Below are positions 14,087 to 24,404 of a DNA stretch of 64,000 bases, piece by piece. Below the pieces are notes generated by a model. It saw only the letters and a program-made list of their open reading frames with translations, was not told the origin of the DNA and did no database searches. The DNA lies in assembly GCA_964016885.1 (NCBI GenBank), contig OZ024743.1, forward strand, positions 8,122,001 to 8,186,000. The letters are read 5' to 3'. The DNA comes from Eledone cirrhosa. Taxonomy: Eukaryota. A program made the translations under genes and the position numbers. Each line of letters starts with the position of its first letter. The stretch's first letter is position 1.

Positions 14087-14281
14087 CAGACCTGTCAACT
14101 CTCCCCGTCCGACGAGGAGATCTCTCACAGACTTTGGGGTGGGTGAAAGATGTCTTCTCTTGTGAAAATGGGTATAGCTTTCATAATGTAAAATTTCCTC
14201 ATTTTGCATCATTTCTCCCCGTTTTGGGGCACTTTTTTTCATGGTACTGCCCGTTTGGGTTTTTAGAGGTTGGCAGGTCTG
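14087..14281. mobile_element. MITE with 13-bp TIRs and 6-bp target-site duplication
   Basis: CAGACCTGTCAAC ... GTTGGCAGGTCTG (12/13 inverted match). ATTATG lies on both sides (14081-14086 and 14282-14287). Confidence 0.75.
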
Positions 14282-14327
14282 ATTATGTGTGATGAGGCAT
14301 TAATCCTCTTCAGCTAGACACGTTTAA

Positions 14328-14759
14328 CCGTTTAGCATGCACATTATTCTCTCTCTATATATATAAAGCGGGGGATTGGCAGTATCGGTAGAGCGTTGGA
14401 CGCCATGCTTTGCAGCAAAGAGTTACGGCCCTTTATGGTCTGAGTTTAAACCCCGCCGAGGTTAACTTTCATCCTTACGGGGTCGATAAAATAAAGTACC
14501 AGTAATAAACTGGGATAATTGCTGGCCTTGTGCCAAAAGTAGAAACAATTATTCTCTATATATACTATTATATTTTCATGGTAAAGTCTTTACCTCACAT
14601 AATTATCTCACATAATATGGAATCTAGAGATTTTGATAATGTTACTATTTATTTTGAGAACAATACCTTAAATAAGTATGAGCAACCGGTTACAGCCGGT
14701 TTGAACATAAAGATGTGAGAGAATTTTGACCGGATACGGCCGGTATAAATGCTAATGGG
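14328..14759. mobile_element. piggyBac-like MITE (TTAA TSD) carrying a nested SINE
   Basis: TTAA|CCGTTTAGCAT ... ATGCTAATGGG|TTAA. Confidence 0.7.
14366..14553 (+). mobile_element. SINE S1 nested in the piggyBac-like MITE
   Basis: A box TGGCAGTATCGG, B box GAGTTTAAACCC, core CATCCTTACGGGGTCGATAAAATAAAGTACCAG, tail CCTTGTGCCAAAAGTAGAAACAATTATT. Confidence 0.85.
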
Positions 14760-14779
14760 TTAAACTATTGTTGGCTTCC

Positions 14780-15570
14780 ACTCTGGCCTATTTTATCATT
14801 GTCAAGTTTTACGAAGTATTAGACATGCATTATCTTCTCTCCATCCTTCCCTTACATATATTTTGATATTCTGTTTCGATTTTGTAATTTTTAACACTTA
14901 TCTGTTGTTTCTTCTCTTATTTAAATCATTTTTCTACCTCGCTTTTTCTTTATTGTTTCCTTATATATAGAAAAATGATGTTTTCCTTGTGTTTCTTTAT
15001 TGCACAAAACAATTTTCTGTCGCTTCATCTAATCATTTTACAGTTCGACTGTTCCTACTCTATAGTAGTTTTTGTATTAAACTCAATCTTCTTTGCATGC
15101 GGTATAGGTATATACTAACTATATCATCTTTGAAGTAGTAGCTTCGGAACGCCAGTAGTAGTTTCCTAGTTTCTGTCTAAGCTCTTCAATTCACTTAACT
15201 TCCAGATTATTACACTGAAGATGTTTTTTATAACTGGGAAGCCTATTATCTTATTTCTAGCATTTTAAAATTAGCCTGACTCGTCTAGTACTCTAGTACT
15301 ATTGTAGTACTCTTTTCTAATTTTTTCCTTCATTTCTGTGCGTTGTATCTTATCAGTTTTATCTATTCTCAAGTATTTGTATGGGTGGTTCTGGTCTAAT
15401 TCCCTGATGTCGGTGTCTGTATCTAATTTATAAAAGCTTTGCCACTTTTGTCTAATCCCATACTTATTTTTATGCCTTGGCTGAATTTGTGAACAATTTT
15501 TAGTATGTTTTCCTATTAGTTATTGTCCCTTGTAAATATTTCTAAGTCGTCCATTATTGTTTTTGCTGTT
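14780..15570 (-). pseudogene. R4/Dong-type LINE fragment (RT C-terminal half)
   Basis: Minus strand gives MDDLEIF..MGLDKSGK..IRELDQNHPYKYL.., matching the R4/Dong YMDDLKLY..FGLDKCAK..YKYLG pattern. Many stops. Confidence 0.6.
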
Positions 15571-15808
15571 GGTATTATTATTATTATTATTATTGAATGC
15601 CATGGTTGACGGAGGCTCGGCTCTGTAAGGTATAGTAATTTTTAACCGTTAAAACAATTGTAAATTGTTTAAAACTTGAACCAAATTGTTGATAAAGACA
15701 CCCTCCTCCTCGTGAGAGGGGTCTTTCTGTCCGTTATTTGGCCCTTCGGGGTTAAATAACCAGTTATTGGGGTTTGTACCCAAAATTTCATTTTAAACAA
15801 AAAACAAC

Positions 15809-17317
15809 ATGGCTACGAAAAAGAAATTTCATACGTCACTCCCACTCATTCCGTCTTCTTCTTCCTCAATCATCACTACAGCAGAGAGAAGATTGTCTCT
15901 CTCCCTCCCTTCTTTAAATGTGTCTCTCTCCCTCCCTTCTCTTTCGCAAGTGACGAAAGAAAAGAAAAGTCTCGTGCAAAGCGTGCAAGGTTTCTCCACG
16001 ACGACGACGACAGCGACGAAACAGGTGTGCGGGAAATACGAAAACCCAGTTCATTCGTCTGACGTCAGGAATAATAGCAGTAGCAGCCGTAATAACAACA
16101 GCAACAGTGACAATGAAAACAACAGTAGCAGCCGCAACAGCATCACCAGCAGCATAAACAACAACAGCATTAGCAGCAGCAACACCAACAACAACCACAG
16201 CAACAGCGGAGGAGGCAGTAGTCGTAGTACCTGCAGCAACAACAAAAGTACCAGCAGCTCTGACGACAACAACAACAGCAGAGAAAAACCAATCTCATTT
16301 GCAGGTATTGCGAAAAACTTGGAAACAATCCTCATAACAAATGAGGAATTAGAGGAAGCGAAGAAGATGGTAACAAAGAACGGACACCGAGCAATCTGCA
16401 AGGCAGCGGAAAAATTTTTCGAAACCCAAGAGCACTGTACGGTCACGTACCGTACAGTAAGTACAAAATCCCGTAGGGTGGAAAGAGCCACAGAAGCCCA
16501 AATACAAAAAGCCTTGGGGTCTGTGTGGCAGCGGAAAACGCACATCACCCGAGGCAAAAAATATGCCACCGTAGACGTACTTTTTGCCACACCCCAGGAG
16601 GCAAAGGCCCAATCAGTAGTGACCCTAAGGAGCGAGGAAATGGTGTTGGTGCCCTCCTACTGCGGGCAAAAAATTGTGAGGGTCAAACTGACCCACGTCC
16701 CCCCCGGAATGGCCCCTTCTTGGCTGGCCGCGTCTGTCCTCGTCGGAATCGAGGACAAAACAACTGTACTGCAAGTACAGAAAAAAGTAAGAGAAGATTG
16801 GGTCGGCTCCTCCATTGAGATGCTAATCCAAACCAACCAGGAGTGCATCGAAGCTATCCCGGATGTGATAGACTTCGATAACGGCACTCAACTGCCCATA
16901 AGTGTTGAGGGCAAACGCCCGAAATGCTTTCGCTGTGGATCGAAGACTCACCTCAGGGCCTTCTGCAACGAGAAGACCCTGAGAAAGGAGAAAACCCCCC
17001 TCCTTCCGAATCCGGCTCCACGGCTACCAGCAACAGGACAAGCGGCAACCAGGAACGATAGGTCCGTGGCACCCATACCCACTCCACGGAAATCAAAAAC
17101 AGCAGCAGCAGTGGAAATATTAACAACAACAACAGCAATACCAAATGCAGCTGCAACAGAGACTCCAGTGCAAACATCACCAACAACAACAAGTGAAAGA
17201 GTGGAGCTGGTACCCTCCCCGACCTCACAGAATCAGACATGGAGTGTGAGGTGGGAGAGGGATGGCAAAAGGTCGCAAGAAGGCACAAACGCAGAAGCAG
17301 CGCATCGTCGCCTTTGA
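15809..17317 (+). CDS. Tx1 ORF1 (gag-like), N-terminal frame
   Basis: S/N-rich low-complexity N-terminus, ISFAGIAK motif, zinc knuckle CFRCGSKTHLRAFC (CX2CX4HX4C). Probably continues into 17239-17904 across a 1-nt frameshift. Confidence 0.85.
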   Translation: MATKKKFHTSLPLIPSSSSSIITTAERRLSLSLPSLNVSLSLPSLSQVTKEKKSLVQSVQGFSTTTTTATKQVCGKYENPVHSSDVRNNSSSSRNNNSNSDNENNSSSRNSITSSINNNSISSSNTNNNHSNSGGGSSRSTCSNNKSTSSSDDNNNSREKPISFAGIAKNLETILITNEELEEAKKMVTKNGHRAICKAAEKFFETQEHCTVTYRTVSTKSRRVERATEAQIQKALGSVWQRKTHITRGKKYATVDVLFATPQEAKAQSVVTLRSEEMVLVPSYCGQKIVRVKLTHVPPGMAPSWLAASVLVGIEDKTTVLQVQKKVREDWVGSSIEMLIQTNQECIEAIPDVIDFDNGTQLPISVEGKRPKCFRCGSKTHLRAFCNEKTLRKEKTPLLPNPAPRLPATGQAATRNDRSVAPIPTPRKSKTAAAVEILTTTTAIPNAAATETPVQTSPTTTSERVELVPSPTSQNQTWSVRWERDGKRSQEGTNAEAAHRRL

Positions 17318-17904
17318 AAAGGGAGGAAAGAAATGAGAAAAGGGTAAAGTCTACTGCAAAGAGACCCACAGCAGCAACACCACCAACACCATCACCACCC
17401 ACACCAGCACCACCATCACCACCGGCGACAACCCCACCGCCAACAACACCTTCAACACCACCACCACAAGCACCAACATCGCAAACACAACAACAAAACA
17501 CACACACCCAGCAACAACGACAAGAAAATAGCAGAACCACACCCCACCCCCAGAAAAACAAATGCACGGCAATAAACACACACAACAAGAAACTAATGAC
17601 TTACATAATTGAACACACAGACATTTCACAACAGGACTACATAATACCAGCACCAATCAAAACGCCAACTAACATAAGACTGCTAAAAATAGCACAGAAA
17701 CAATACACAAACATTAAAACGAAATTCCCCAACGCAGTTGGTGATTTCAGGGACCTAGGAGGAACCATCAATCGAAGAGTATATTCAGACATTCTCTTAG
17801 AAGAGCCGACGACCAGCCGAAGGGACGATTCAACGGTCCCTTCACCAGACGATCAAGTGAAAAGGGATGTAAAAACCATCCCTCCTCTACCAAAAGTACG
17901 GTAA
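17221..17904 (+). CDS. Tx1 ORF1 C-terminal part (second frame)
   Basis: This frame is open from 17197 and has GWQKVARRHKRR (W..V.R motif typical of LINE ORF1) and a P/T-rich tract. It ends 35 nt before the ORF2 ATG. Confidence 0.7.
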   Translation, partial: DLTESDMECEVGEGWQKVARRHKRRSSASSPLKREERNEKRVKSTAKRPTAATPPTPSPPTPAPPSPPATTPPPTTPSTPPPQAPTSQTQQQNTHTQQQRQENSRTTPHPQKNKCTAINTHNKKLMTYIIEHTDISQQDYIIPAPIKTPTNIRLLKIAQKQYTNIKTKFPNAVGDFRDLGGTINRRVYSDILLEEPTTSRRDDSTVPSPDDQVKRDVKTIPPLPKVR

Positions 17905-17939
17905 GTGGTCTTTCCCATCTTTTCCACTCTATTTTAAAC

Positions 17940-20900
17940 ATGACCTCACTCAGAATAGGCAGCATAAATGCGCGTGGCTTGGGGTCGTCATGGAAGCAGG
18001 GTCACCTGCTCAACGACCTCAGGTCACTAAAGATAGATGTAGTGGCCATCAGCGAGACCAGAATCTCCGAAGCACGGGCCTTCGCACCGATCTTCGGCGG
18101 CTACGATGTGTACGCATCTCCCAGCCGTCCTGGATCAGGTGGAGGAGTTGCTGTGCTTTTTCGGAGAGGTTTGGATCTCGCCATACGGGCCATCTTCCTG
18201 GACCCAGAGGGTAAGCTGGTGGTGCTGGACGTGACCAGCGGAGACGGGCAAGCTTTCAGGCTAGTGGCCGTCTATGCCCCGACAGGAGCAGGGCGGCCTG
18301 ATTTCTTCCGGCGTCTGGAGACCTTTCTTGGAACGTCCCGCTCTTTAGTGTTAGTGGGCGACTGGAACGGGATCTTAGATGCACGCTGGGACTGTGTGGG
18401 ATTAGCGGATAGGGGTGGAGGGTGCAAGAGCCTCACCAACCTGCTCAGGCGTTTTGAACTGTCTGACAGGTACCGATTGGATTTCCCGAATGTGCCAATG
18501 TGGACTTGGACAAACCGCATAGGGTCATCCAGATCATATCTAGATAGAGTATTTTGTAGGGAAATAGATAGGTCTAGCATAGGCTGTCCACAATTCAAGA
18601 TAGTCAGCTACACGGACCACAAATTCGTGACCTGTGTGCTTGACTTAGATAGGCTTCATAGACGAGGACCCGGCTACTGGAAGCTAAACGCGTCCTTACC
18701 AGCGCCCAAGGCCTACAGAGACCGGATTAGCGAACTAGTTAAGCGGGCGTTGACGGGGGCCATCGTCAACAACAAGTGGTGGTTTGCTCTGAAAAGAGCG
18801 ATTAGAATAGAATCAATTAGGTTTAGTAAGGCTTTAGCAATAGAGAAAAATAGAGCAGAGGGAGAACTAGTTAGAAAATTAGACGAGGCGCTTAGCAAAG
18901 GCATTGCGACCGACGTGCTTGCGGCGAAATTGGCCCTTGACCAATTCTTCAATGCAAAGCACGAAGGCTGCGTTGTCAGAGCTAGGGTGCGTGCTCTCAG
19001 ACACGAGGGGACGAAAGCCGTTCAATGGGCCCGAGTGGCGGAGGCGCGTCGTGGCAACAAAGCCACGATCCGGTCTTTGGTGGACCACGACGGGCGCATG
19101 CTACTCGATCCCGGGCAAATGTGTGAAGCTTTTCAGCGACACTTCGCTCAGCTGTTCGGGGGAAGCGGGGGGCCGGGAAGAGGGATGGACTTTAGTGTCT
19201 ACCTCGACGGACTGCCGCGGCTCTCGGCCACTGAGGCGAAGTGTTGCGAAAAGCCGATAACAGCCGCTGAAGTAAGGGAGGCAATGACTGGCTGCACAAG
19301 GGGTAAATCGCCTGGTTTGGATGGTCTGCCCTATGAACTTTACGTACAGATGCCAGACTTGTTCGGAGGCCTCTTGGCGGACGTCTACTGCAACTGGCAA
19401 CAGAACGGGAGAATTCCCAGTTCTGTGAGCCGAGGAGCGGTGGCACTGCTGAGAAAGGATCCGAACAAGGGGGATAACATAGACAATTTCCGGCCCATAA
19501 CTCTGCTAAACACAGAGTTCAAGATTTTGGCCAAGGTGCTAGCAAAGAGGTTGGCGCTTGTCGTTGGTGGTCTGGTGGGAGAGGCGCAGACATGCGCCAT
19601 TCCCGACAGGTCCATCCACGACAACCTCCACCTCATGCGATACATCATAGAGAGGGTAGCTAAGGAACCTGGCACGGGTGGGTCCTTGATCAATTTAGAT
19701 CAGTCGAAAGCTTTCGATAGGGTCGACCATCGTTACCTAGCGGCAGTCCTGAGGGCGGCTGGCTTTGGGCCCGTCTTCAGAGGCTGGATTGCTGCCATGC
19801 ACAGCGACATCTGCTCTGTGGTGAGAGTGAACGGTCACCTGTCGGAACCGTTCAACATCATGCGCTCGGTCCGCCAAGGATGTCCCCTCTCGTCCCTCTT
19901 GTACGTATTGACTCTCGAGCCATTACTGCACAAACTGGAGACGTTGAGGGGAGTCCCGCGCGAACTAGGATGCGGAAGATCCGTGTCAGCATATGCGGAC
20001 GATGTCACCGTAGTGGTGTCGAACGCCAAACACATCGAGGCGATCGGCACTACACTAAGAGAATACGAAGCGGTGACAGGAGCAATGATCAACCAGGAAA
20101 AGTCGGTGGGCCTGCAGCTCGGCACCTGGAGAGGCAGGTCCATGCCGTCCAACAGCGTCGTCGGGCGCTGGACGGACGGACCGGTTAAATTGCTAGGGGT
20201 CTGGTTCGGTCCGGACCTCCAGACGGACAAAAACTGGGACGAGGTGACGAGCAGGGTGGCTTCTCTCACCCAGAAATGGGCCGAGAGGAAGCTATCCCTG
20301 AAAGGTCGAGCGGAGGTGGCTAACGCGTACATCGCCTCTGTCATCTGCTACCGCCTAACCGTCGTACCTTGTCCTAAGCCTCGCCTGACTGCACTGGAGC
20401 GTTTGCTCTTTCGCTTTTTGTGGAAGGGACGTGCTCCGATGGTCAGGCGGTCCATCTGTTGTCAACACCCGCTACGTGGAGGGCTGGGCATGCCGTGGCT
20501 GATGATGCGCAGGCACGCGCTGTGGCTACGACATCTCCACCTCTTCCTCGACGGTGATCAGGTGTGGTCGCCGTTTGCTAGACGCGTTTTTCCCCAGCTC
20601 GTTTCCTTGACGGAGCTGCAGTCCTGGGTCAAGCGAAGACCGAGGGGGAGCGCCTGGAGACTGGAATGTTTTCAGGCGCTCACAGCCCTCGACCAATCGG
20701 GCAATGTGATCGGTGGAAACTCCACCTCGGCGTTCTATAGAGGATTAGTGGAGGGGAAGAGCGACGACGTACTTGGGGAAACTCTAGGCGTCGACGAAAA
20801 TCAACTAGCCAATCTCTTCGGAAGAACTTTCGGGCCAGGGCCTATGGACAACTTCCAGAAATCTCTGGCCTGGCAGTGCTACCGAGGAGCTTTGCCAGTT

Positions 20901-21359
20901 CGGGATAAACTCTACAGGCATGGAGGTGCCGTCAGCCGGGCATGTCCGAGATGCGCGCAGGGCGACGAAACCGTCCTGCACGCACTCGTCCAGTGTCCGA
21001 AAATTGCTGACTTGTGGGTTTATGTCGAACACCTGCTGTCGCGTTTAGGACGGATCCGGCTATCATCTGAGTCCATCGTGAGGATTGCCCCGCCCTCTTC
21101 CTTTAGCCGGGAAGGGCAGGCAGTTTTTATCTGCCTGGTGGCCATGGTGAAAGAGATAGTATGGTGGACACGTTTGAAAGGGCTGAAGACGAGCACTTAC
21201 CTCTTCGGTGATGCTCTGATTGACTTTTTCAAATTTCATTTGAAAAGGAAAATCAGAGTAGAGAGGGAAGTGCTCTCTTCCCAGCATTTTGTTGAAAGAT
21301 GGGTGAGAGAAGCAAGAATGGCCCGAGTGAATGGGCCTACTCTGAGTATATATCTGTAA
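17940..21359 (+). CDS. Tx1 ORF2: APE endonuclease, reverse transcriptase and C-terminal zinc finger (1139 aa, intact)
   Basis: APE motifs SINARGL, ISETR, GGGVAVL, VYAP, VGDWN, SYLDR, TDHK, GYWKLN. RT motifs KSPGLDG, NFRPITLLN, LDQSKAFDRV, VRQGCPLS, AYADD. C-terminal CPRC..ETVLHALVQC. Confidence 0.97.
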   Translation: MTSLRIGSINARGLGSSWKQGHLLNDLRSLKIDVVAISETRISEARAFAPIFGGYDVYASPSRPGSGGGVAVLFRRGLDLAIRAIFLDPEGKLVVLDVTSGDGQAFRLVAVYAPTGAGRPDFFRRLETFLGTSRSLVLVGDWNGILDARWDCVGLADRGGGCKSLTNLLRRFELSDRYRLDFPNVPMWTWTNRIGSSRSYLDRVFCREIDRSSIGCPQFKIVSYTDHKFVTCVLDLDRLHRRGPGYWKLNASLPAPKAYRDRISELVKRALTGAIVNNKWWFALKRAIRIESIRFSKALAIEKNRAEGELVRKLDEALSKGIATDVLAAKLALDQFFNAKHEGCVVRARVRALRHEGTKAVQWARVAEARRGNKATIRSLVDHDGRMLLDPGQMCEAFQRHFAQLFGGSGGPGRGMDFSVYLDGLPRLSATEAKCCEKPITAAEVREAMTGCTRGKSPGLDGLPYELYVQMPDLFGGLLADVYCNWQQNGRIPSSVSRGAVALLRKDPNKGDNIDNFRPITLLNTEFKILAKVLAKRLALVVGGLVGEAQTCAIPDRSIHDNLHLMRYIIERVAKEPGTGGSLINLDQSKAFDRVDHRYLAAVLRAAGFGPVFRGWIAAMHSDICSVVRVNGHLSEPFNIMRSVRQGCPLSSLLYVLTLEPLLHKLETLRGVPRELGCGRSVSAYADDVTVVVSNAKHIEAIGTTLREYEAVTGAMINQEKSVGLQLGTWRGRSMPSNSVVGRWTDGPVKLLGVWFGPDLQTDKNWDEVTSRVASLTQKWAERKLSLKGRAEVANAYIASVICYRLTVVPCPKPRLTALERLLFRFLWKGRAPMVRRSICCQHPLRGGLGMPWLMMRRHALWLRHLHLFLDGDQVWSPFARRVFPQLVSLTELQSWVKRRPRGSAWRLECFQALTALDQSGNVIGGNSTSAFYRGLVEGKSDDVLGETLGVDENQLANLFGRTFGPGPMDNFQKSLAWQCYRGALPVRDKLYRHGGAVSRACPRCAQGDETVLHALVQCPKIADLWVYVEHLLSRLGRIRLSSESIVRIAPPSSFSREGQAVFICLVAMVKEIVWWTRLKGLKTSTYLFGDALIDFFKFHLKRKIRVEREVLSSQHFVERWVREARMARVNGPTLSIYL

Positions 21360-21729
21360 ATTAAAGGTGGAAAACTGGGAGAGGGCACTTGCCTTGGTGG
21401 TCAGGGTCATTGTGGCTTTTTACTGGGCTTTCTCCACAAATGTCCCTCCGAAGTCTGCCCCCTATTGGGGAATTTTTCATTGTTATTTTTTGTTACATCC
21501 TCTGTTTTTGTTTTTTACACGCAGAAATGCCCATTTGTACCGTCCTGCATTGTCCTGCACTGTCCTTAATGTCTACTTTATGTAAACCCTTGTGGTTAAT
21601 AAAGAAATCATTATTATTATTATTATTAATAATATTATTATTATTGTCGCCATCGTCGTTGTTATATTCTTATTATTCCTTCTTTCGTAGTTTTATACAA
21701 TCAGTTACCGGTTCATTAGCTATGACTTG

Positions 21730-22990
21730 GGGCAAGAGAAGGTGAGCAGTTCTTTTCGGGTACCTGCACAGCGGTGCCATAAAAGCACATTATTTACAGA
21801 CAAAAATGTATGCTTTGTACGTATTACTTGGTACTGGGTTTTGATTTGTAGGTGTTTGTATTTATAAGAAGAGTAGAAATATCTAAAATATACTTTAAAT
21901 CAGATGGAAAAGGTATGTTACATTAATTCACATGTATCCTTTAATTATTCTTTATATTGAGAGGTCCTTTCGTAATATTTGTGAAGTGCACAAACAACCA
22001 ACGCTTGGTAAGAACACCAATTGTAATGCAGTACTGTTTTTTGAATTTCCTAAAGGTATTGCTAAGATGCTCCTCGCAACCATTTTAAAAATCCTACCTA
22101 AAGCCTCTATAATGGTGAGAGTGTTTTCCCTTTAAGATGCCACATGTTTTCAGTGTTCTATATATAGATCTTTGCATTTACTTAGTCTTTCAAATTATTT
22201 TATGTTTTTATCTGATGGAATAGACATATCAATTTGCAGGTTTTATCTTTTCCATTCTTGATGATGATATCTGGTCTATTTACTTGAATTATCTGGTCTA
22301 TGCTAGCTGAGAAATCCGAAAGTATTGTTATGTTACTAGCTCTTAGTGGTGTTTATACCAATCGTTAGCTGTTTGTATTTTGTAGTGGTGCATAGCTTCC
22401 AGTTCATTTATTAGCCTACTCTGACATACGGTTCCTATACTAATTTACTCTCAGTAACTGACACCCTGAAATAAAACTTCATAATATTGGTCTAAAAACC
22501 TACATTTTAGGTCTGCACCATTCTTGAAAGATGAATAAAGTAGTTTCTGGTAAGTAAGCTTTGGTCTTGTACTACCTGTATGCATCATTTGTTTTTCCTT
22601 TTAGTCCTAAACTCCTCAGTCACTGATAGGGTTTTTTCCGGTCTACATCAACATCTTTGCTTCAGAGTACATACGGTTTATACATAGACTTTTGCCTCTA
22701 TCCGTCTTCGAATTATTCTATCCATTATATTTTCGCTAAATGCTTGATGTGTTTAACTCGTATGGCGACATTTTTTTACCAGTTGCTCACTTTTAACGTT
22801 TATATTGGGTTTAAATTTCGTATTTTCTACATTCTTTTGCTTGAAGCTTTTGTGGGTTTCATGCGTTAAAATCTGCGATACCAGCCAATCTTCTGTGAAC
22901 TCTAGATAACTAAACATTACTATTATTGTTTTATACCATAGTTCAAGCCGTGTCATTCCCCTGCCCCCTTGTATCTCTGCAGACACAGGT
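21730..22990 (-). pseudogene. R4/Dong-type LINE 3' part (restriction-like endonuclease) whose (TAA)n tail hosts the Tx1
   Basis: GGRGMTRLELWYKT..WLV..HE; IQVNRPDIIIK..DMSIPSDKNI; LSKCKDLYIE..IIEALG..EIQKTVL match the R4/Dong REL region. Confidence 0.75.
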
Positions 22991-23019
22991 GATCAAGATC
23001 TGCCTTCTGGTGGTCCATT

Positions 23020-23213
23020 TTGTTGTATGCTTTATGGCATAGTGTTATGGCTGTTTACATTCTGAGTTCAAATCCCTCTGAGGTTAACTTTGCCTTTCAT
23101 CCTTACGGAGTCAATAAAATAAAGTACCATTCACGCAGTGGGGTCGACTTAATCGACCCCCCACCCCAAGAAGAATTGTTGGCCTTGTGCCCAAATCAGA
23201 AACGATTATTATT
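23020..23213 (+). mobile_element. SINE S1
   Basis: GAGTTCAAATCC..GCCTTTCATCCTTACGGAGTCAATAAAATAAAGTACC..GGCCTTGTGCCCAAATCAGAAACGATTATTATT. Confidence 0.85.
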
Positions 23214-24366
23214 ATCCTATAAGCAGCGAATTAAGAAAATCGTAGACTGGCGGGCAAAATGCTTTTCGGTATTCATTTATTTTTATCACTCTGAGTTGAG
23301 ATCCCACTAAGATCATTTTACCTTTCATCATTTCAGGGTCTATTTATCGATCACTAGACATTTTCTAGCCGGATTGGTAGTGACACAAATATAAGAGAGA
23401 AGTACAAATGTATGGAATTATTACATGAAAAAAAGAAACAAAATCAGCAGCCATTATGTTAGAGTTGATGACGAAAGAGAAAAAAAAGAAAAAACAAATT
23501 ACATATATCTGTCTATCTGTTAGAGAGCGGAAAGTTCTTTTTATCTTCAAAGAAACGTATACAGTTGGCTTTTTCCGATATACTCACTCAGATATTCTAT
23601 ATTAGAAAAAAATATTTTGAGACAATCTTTGAAAGAAGATGGAAGAGGGTCCCATTAACCAACCCTTTATACGGGGATTCATAGCTCTTCGCAAAATAAA
23701 CAAGAACCTGATGGACTTCTTATATTACGTACACAAAGCTTTCAAAAATGTGATATGCATTGACGAGTATGTGGTCGATGAACCGGTAAGAACTAATTTT
23801 TCAGCATACAAACATTTTGCATGCAAATACTATGTGGATATAGGCCTTCACAAGTGAAGTGTGATCAGGGTAGTGGGGTTGAATAAACCCCGGTAGCAGT
23901 TTCCCATTTTAAAATAGGTAGGTCACCCATGATTATCTTTCTTAAGCGATATTTTTATTTTTAAATACATGTGTGTTTTCATATAATTCTTTATCTATTT
24001 CGTAATTCCTAGTTCAAATCCCGTCGAGGTCAACTTTGCCTTTCAACTTTCCAAATTTGATGTCATCAACTTATCCCTCCTCTCAAAATCCCTGACTCTG
24101 TGTCAAAAGTAGAAACAATTATTAGTCTTATTTTAGTGCATGCTTTCACTTCATGAACAAGCGCAGTTATGTGTATTTTGAGTATGTGCAGTGTTTTATT
24201 TTAGTTTTGTTGTTTCTATTGTATTAAAAATAATTTACGTAATATGTGTGAAGTCCCTAGTTATACTATTTTCTCTATGTTGTGTGTATTTGTCAGTACT
24301 AGGGTTTTGATCACTTATTTGTCTGAGTATTCTTATTATTATTCTCATAGCACCTTATTATTGGGA

Positions 24367-24404
24367 CTAGCAGAAAAACCACCCTTCGGGTGGTTTTCTC
24401 CTAG
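24367..24404 (-). other. GC hairpin next to CTAG; possible Helitron 3' terminus
   Basis: a|CTAG-cagaAAAACCACCC-ttc-GGGTGGTTTT-ctcCTAG. A matching 5' end was not confidently located. Confidence 0.35.

Larger units (their letters stand above)
15595..21609 (+). mobile_element. Full-length Tx1/L1-clade non-LTR retrotransposon inserted in (ATT)n
   Basis: 5' UTR with hairpins, ORF1 with a CCHC knuckle, APE-RT-Zn-finger ORF2, and AATAAA at 21598. (ATT)n at 15574-15594 and 21610-21627 flank it and could include the TSD. GC/CpG-rich relative to the flanks. Confidence 0.95.

Noticed and set aside
15914-21410. Antisense and alternate-frame ORFs within the Tx1 (and likewise within the RTE)
   Set aside because: Expected by-products of GC-rich or low-complexity coding sequence, with no recognisable motifs.
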